Part shown: piece after piece, positions 4,020-6,229 of the stretch
Layout of the letters: every line of letters starts with the position of its first letter
Position numbering within the stretch: the stretch's first letter is position 1
Virus record (IMG/VR): IMGVR_UViG_2534681999_000014
Location: 1 to 6,229 of that record
DNA from: a virus
Lineage: Duplodnaviria > Heunggongvirae > Uroviricota > Caudoviricetes
Length of the DNA stretch: 6,229 nt
Reading direction: 5' to 3' (one strand)
Position numbers and translations under genes: made by a program
Notes under the pieces: model-generated
Told to the model about the DNA's origin: nothing
Databases searched by the model: none
Seen by the model: the letters and a program-made list of their open reading frames with translations, nothing else

Positions 4020-5111
4020 ATGCGTGATTACGCAAAAGTTTCTCCGCGATTCTGGCTGGGAGAAACGGGGAGAGAACTTAGAAAGGCGGGTGCAGAAGCG
4101 CAAGTTGTTGCTTTTTACCTGATGACATCCCCTCACGCAAATATGCTGGGTTTGTATTACCTGCCAGTTTTATACCTTGCTCATGAAACCGGGCTTGGTC
4201 TGGAAGGGGCTTCAAAGGGGCTTAAAAGGGCTGTTGAAGCTGGTTTTTGTAGCTATGACCATGATGCAGAGATGGTCTGGGTCCATGAAATGGCAGCCTG
4301 GCAGGTTGGGGAAACGTTGAAGCCTGGCGATAACCGTTGTGCAGGTGTCAGGAATGAGTATGCATCATTACCTGAAAACGCTTTTCTGTCAGTGTTTTAC
4401 GACAGATATAAAACGGATTTCCATCTGGATGTGAGGCGGAATAATAGCCGAAATTCGGTAAGGGGCTTCGAAGGGGCTTTTAAGGGGCTTCGAAGCCAAG
4501 AACAGGAACAGGAGCAGGAGAAAGAACAGGAACAGGACAAAAACACTATGGTTCATGGCAAAAAAAACACCACGAACCAGGCAGGGGATGTTCAGACCGT
4601 CAATCCTGGTCAGCCAGCAGGCACGACACCGGAAGCCGATTCGGGCGCTGTGCAGCAGGTGATGACCGCAGGGTCGGAGCAATCACACCAACTGCAGCAG
4701 CCTGAAGCCGATTCCGCCATTCAGCGGGAAGCCGATCGGGTAGTCCCGGAAAGCACCGGGCAGTCTGTGGGACGAGTGGATTATCCGGATGTGTTCGAAC
4801 AGGTCTGGCGGGAATACCCGTTGCGTGCTGGGGCAAACCCGAAGAAATCCGCTTTCAGTGCCTGGAAGGCCAGATTGCGCGAGGGGGTGCCACCAGAGAC
4901 CATGCTGGATGGTGTGAGGCGTTACGCGAGATACCTGGCGGCGACCGGGAAAGCGGGAACGGAATTTGTTCAGCGAGCGACGACGTTTTTTGGGCCGGAC
5001 CGGAATTTTGAAAACCCCTGGTTGCTCCCGGTAAGCGGCACGAACAACCAGCGTTGTGTGAATCATATTTCTGAACCGGATACCGAAATTCCGCCGGGAT
5101 TCAGGGGGTGA
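4020..5111 (+). CDS. Phage replication initiation protein (lambda O-like / YdaU-position), with an internal Gln/Glu-rich linker and a conserved phage C-terminal domain
   Basis: Track ORF 3909-5111. The ATG at 4020 has SD GAGG 5 nt upstream, while ATG 3909 has none, so the start is placed at 4020 (MRDYAKVSPRFWLGETGRELRKAG...). The C-terminal segment DVFEQVWREYPLRAGANPKKSAFSAWKARL...ATTFFGPDRNFENPW resembles the conserved C-terminal domain of phage replication proteins (from memory). Position immediately upstream of the DnaC-like gene. Contains DNA iterons (see repeat features). Confidence 0.7.
   Translation: MRDYAKVSPRFWLGETGRELRKAGAEAQVVAFYLMTSPHANMLGLYYLPVLYLAHETGLGLEGASKGLKRAVEAGFCSYDHDAEMVWVHEMAAWQVGETLKPGDNRCAGVRNEYASLPENAFLSVFYDRYKTDFHLDVRRNNSRNSVRGFEGAFKGLRSQEQEQEQEKEQEQDKNTMVHGKKNTTNQAGDVQTVNPGQPAGTTPEADSGAVQQVMTAGSEQSHQLQQPEADSAIQREADRVVPESTGQSVGRVDYPDVFEQVWREYPLRAGANPKKSAFSAWKARLREGVPPETMLDGVRRYARYLAATGKAGTEFVQRATTFFGPDRNFENPWLLPVSGTNNQRCVNHISEPDTEIPPGFRG
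4204..4233. repeat. Iteron cluster A: AAGGGGCTT at 4204-4212 and 4215-4223 plus a degenerate copy (AAAGGGCTG, 4225-4233), 11-bp period
   Basis: Seen directly in GAAGGGGCTTCAAAGGGGCTTAAAAGGGCTG. Copies are read in three different reading frames (EGA / KGL / KRA), arguing for DNA-level rather than protein-level selection. Confidence 0.45.
4460..4490. repeat. Iteron cluster B: three perfect AAGGGGCTT copies at 4460-4468, 4471-4479 and 4482-4490 (exact 11-bp period), with palindromic CTTCGAAG cores; candidate replication origin inside the initiator gene
   Basis: Seen directly in TAAGGGGCTTCGAAGGGGCTTTTAAGGGGCTTCGAAGCC. The three copies are translated in three frames (RGF / EGA / KGL). Immediately followed by the linker-coding repeat and an A-rich stretch (4539-4570). 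Lambda ori is likewise a set of iterons inside the O gene. Confidence 0.5.
4500..4541 (+). repeat. In-frame hexamer array (GARCAG)n encoding the QEQEQEQEKEQEQD low-complexity linker
   Basis: Seen directly: GAACAG x2, GAGCAG, GAGAAA, GAACAG x2, GACAAA. The period is a multiple of 3 and is read in one frame, so this is a protein-level flexible acidic linker between the N- and C-terminal domains. Confidence 0.6.
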
Positions 5112-5117
5112 TGTGGC

Positions 5118-5864
5118 ATGAAAAACATTGCGGCAGCCGGGGTTCTTGAACGTATTCGCAGACTTGCACCACAGGCGTCGGTTCCACCGTACCGGACGGT
5201 GGAGGAGTGGCGGGAATGGCAACTTGCTGAAGGACGAAAACGCAGCGAGGAGATTAACCGCCAGAATCACCAGTTGCGGGTGGAAAAAATCCTGAATCGT
5301 TCGGGCATCCAGCCTCTGCACAGCAAATGCTCGTTTGCGAATTATCAGGTGCAGAACGACGGGCAAAAATACGCGCTGAGCCAGGCCAAATCCATAGCTG
5401 ACGAACTGATGACCGGGTGCACGAATTTTGTGTTCAGCGGTAAAACCGGCACCGGGAAAAATCACCTTGCAGCGGCGATGGGTAACCGGCTGATGGCGAA
5501 GGGGCGCAGCGTGATTATCGTCACCGTGTCTGATGTCATGAGCGTGTTGCATGACAGCTACGACAACGGCAAATCCGGGGAAAAATTTTTACAGGAGCTT
5601 TGCAGTGTTGATTTGCTGGTCCTGGATGAAATAGGCGTTCAGCGGGAGACGAAAAACGAGCAGGTGGTATTACACCAGATAATTGATCGCCGGACAGCAT
5701 CACTGTGCAGTGTCGGGATGTTAACAAACCTGAATCATGCCGCAATGAGTACACTTCTTGGTGAGAGGATTATGGACCGCATGACCATGAACGGTGGTCG
5801 ATGGGTGACGTTTAACTGGGATAGCTGGCGTCCAAATGTCAGCAATATGAGGGTTGTGAAGTAA
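5118..5864 (+). CDS. DnaC-like helicase loader, AAA+ ATPase of the DnaC/IstB family (lambda P functional analog, YdaV-position)
   Basis: 248-aa ORF with Walker A FSGKTGTGKNHLAAAMG and Walker B DLLVLDEIG. Start ATG 5118 follows the initiator stop (5109-5111) by 6 nt, with a G-rich SD (5103-5108). Confidence 0.9.
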   Translation: MKNIAAAGVLERIRRLAPQASVPPYRTVEEWREWQLAEGRKRSEEINRQNHQLRVEKILNRSGIQPLHSKCSFANYQVQNDGQKYALSQAKSIADELMTGCTNFVFSGKTGTGKNHLAAAMGNRLMAKGRSVIIVTVSDVMSVLHDSYDNGKSGEKFLQELCSVDLLVLDEIGVQRETKNEQVVLHQIIDRRTASLCSVGMLTNLNHAAMSTLLGERIMDRMTMNGGRWVTFNWDSWRPNVSNMRVVK

Positions 5865-5885
5865 TTTTGTCCGGAGGAAATTTTA

Positions 5886-6229
5886 ATGGAAACCGTATCT
5901 GACGCACTGAAAGCACTGAAAAAAGCCTCTTCACATGTGGTGGCAGCTCGCCTTGGAATCAGTCGTGAAGAGGCTGTCAACGAGCTGTGGGAACTCAAAA
6001 TAAATGGCGTCGTTGATAAAACTGGTCACACCTGGTTTCTGGCTGGCGAAGGTGAATCCCGGGTAACCGAAGAGCGGCCAGTAAAATCTGAAGCACAGGA
6101 TATGCTGACCGGGGAGGTCGAACAAAAAGTTACCGCAGACATGATGATTGAGTTTATCGGTCAGGATGGGGCTAAAACGTGTGAGGAACTGGCGGGTAAG
6201 TTCGGTGTCAGTACTCGCAAGGTTGCTTC
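5886..6229 (+). CDS. Partial CDS (5' end, runs off the window): hypothetical prophage protein with an N-terminal winged-helix-like segment, possibly YdaW/DUF1627-like
   Basis: Not in the supplied track because it has no stop inside the window. I translated it by hand from ATG 5886 (METVSDALKALKKASSHVVAARLGISREEAVNELWELKINGVVDKTGHTWFLAGEGE...) and found no stop codon through 6229. SD GGAGG (5873-5877) 8 nt upstream. Family assignment is a weak recollection. Confidence 0.6.
   Translation, partial: METVSDALKALKKASSHVVAARLGISREEAVNELWELKINGVVDKTGHTWFLAGEGESRVTEERPVKSEAQDMLTGEVEQKVTADMMIEFIGQDGAKTCEELAGKFGVSTRKVA

Noticed and set aside
4204-4490. CRISPR array interpretation of the AAGGGGCTT repeats
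   Set aside because: The repeats are 9 bp with 2-bp spacers inside a coding region, which is incompatible with CRISPR repeat-spacer geometry. No CRISPR array, tRNA or rRNA was seen anywhere in the window.
4389-5754. Minus-strand ORFs 4389-4682, 4600-4836, 4683-5552 (289 aa) and 5536-5754
   Set aside because: Antisense to the O-like and DnaC-like genes, whose sense frames carry Walker A/B and conserved phage replication motifs. The long antisense frames are Arg/Pro-rich, typical of GC-biased shadow ORFs.
5735-6125. Minus-strand ORFs 5735-5998 and 5931-6125
   Set aside because: They overlap the plus-strand partial gene beginning at 5886, which has a strong GGAGG SD, and the DnaC-like 3' end; treated as shadow ORFs.

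Overview
This window reads as the immunity and replication core of a lambdoid (Rac / CP-933P-like) enterobacterial prophage; all calls are from reading the sequence and the ORF track, with no database search run. Left to right: an unassigned structured leader (1-545); an AT-rich convergent gene for a coiled-coil/Cys4 protein of unknown function (546-1037, +); a small DUF1391/YdaF-like gene (1152-1304, -); a two-site OL-like operator (1491-1530); a minus-strand intrinsic terminator (1541-1563); then a minus-strand operon of an HTH repressor (2088-2489), a 63-aa antitoxin (1869-2060) and a ParE-family toxin (1582-1869), which I recognise from memory as the PaaR2-PaaA2-ParE2 three-component arrangement. 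A three-site OR-like operator (2501-2564) separates the repressor from the rightward genes: a Cro-like YdaS homolog, a CII-like YdaT homolog, an unknown 169-aa ORF, an O-like replication initiator carrying frame-independent AAGGGGCTT iterons (candidate origin), a DnaC-like helicase loader, and a partial gene running off the window. The toxin-antitoxin module and the genetic switch look like known biology rather than a new system. The items most likely to be undescribed are the 163-aa coiled-coil/zinc-ribbon gene at the sieB-equivalent position and the 169-aa ORF inserted in the early-right operon.
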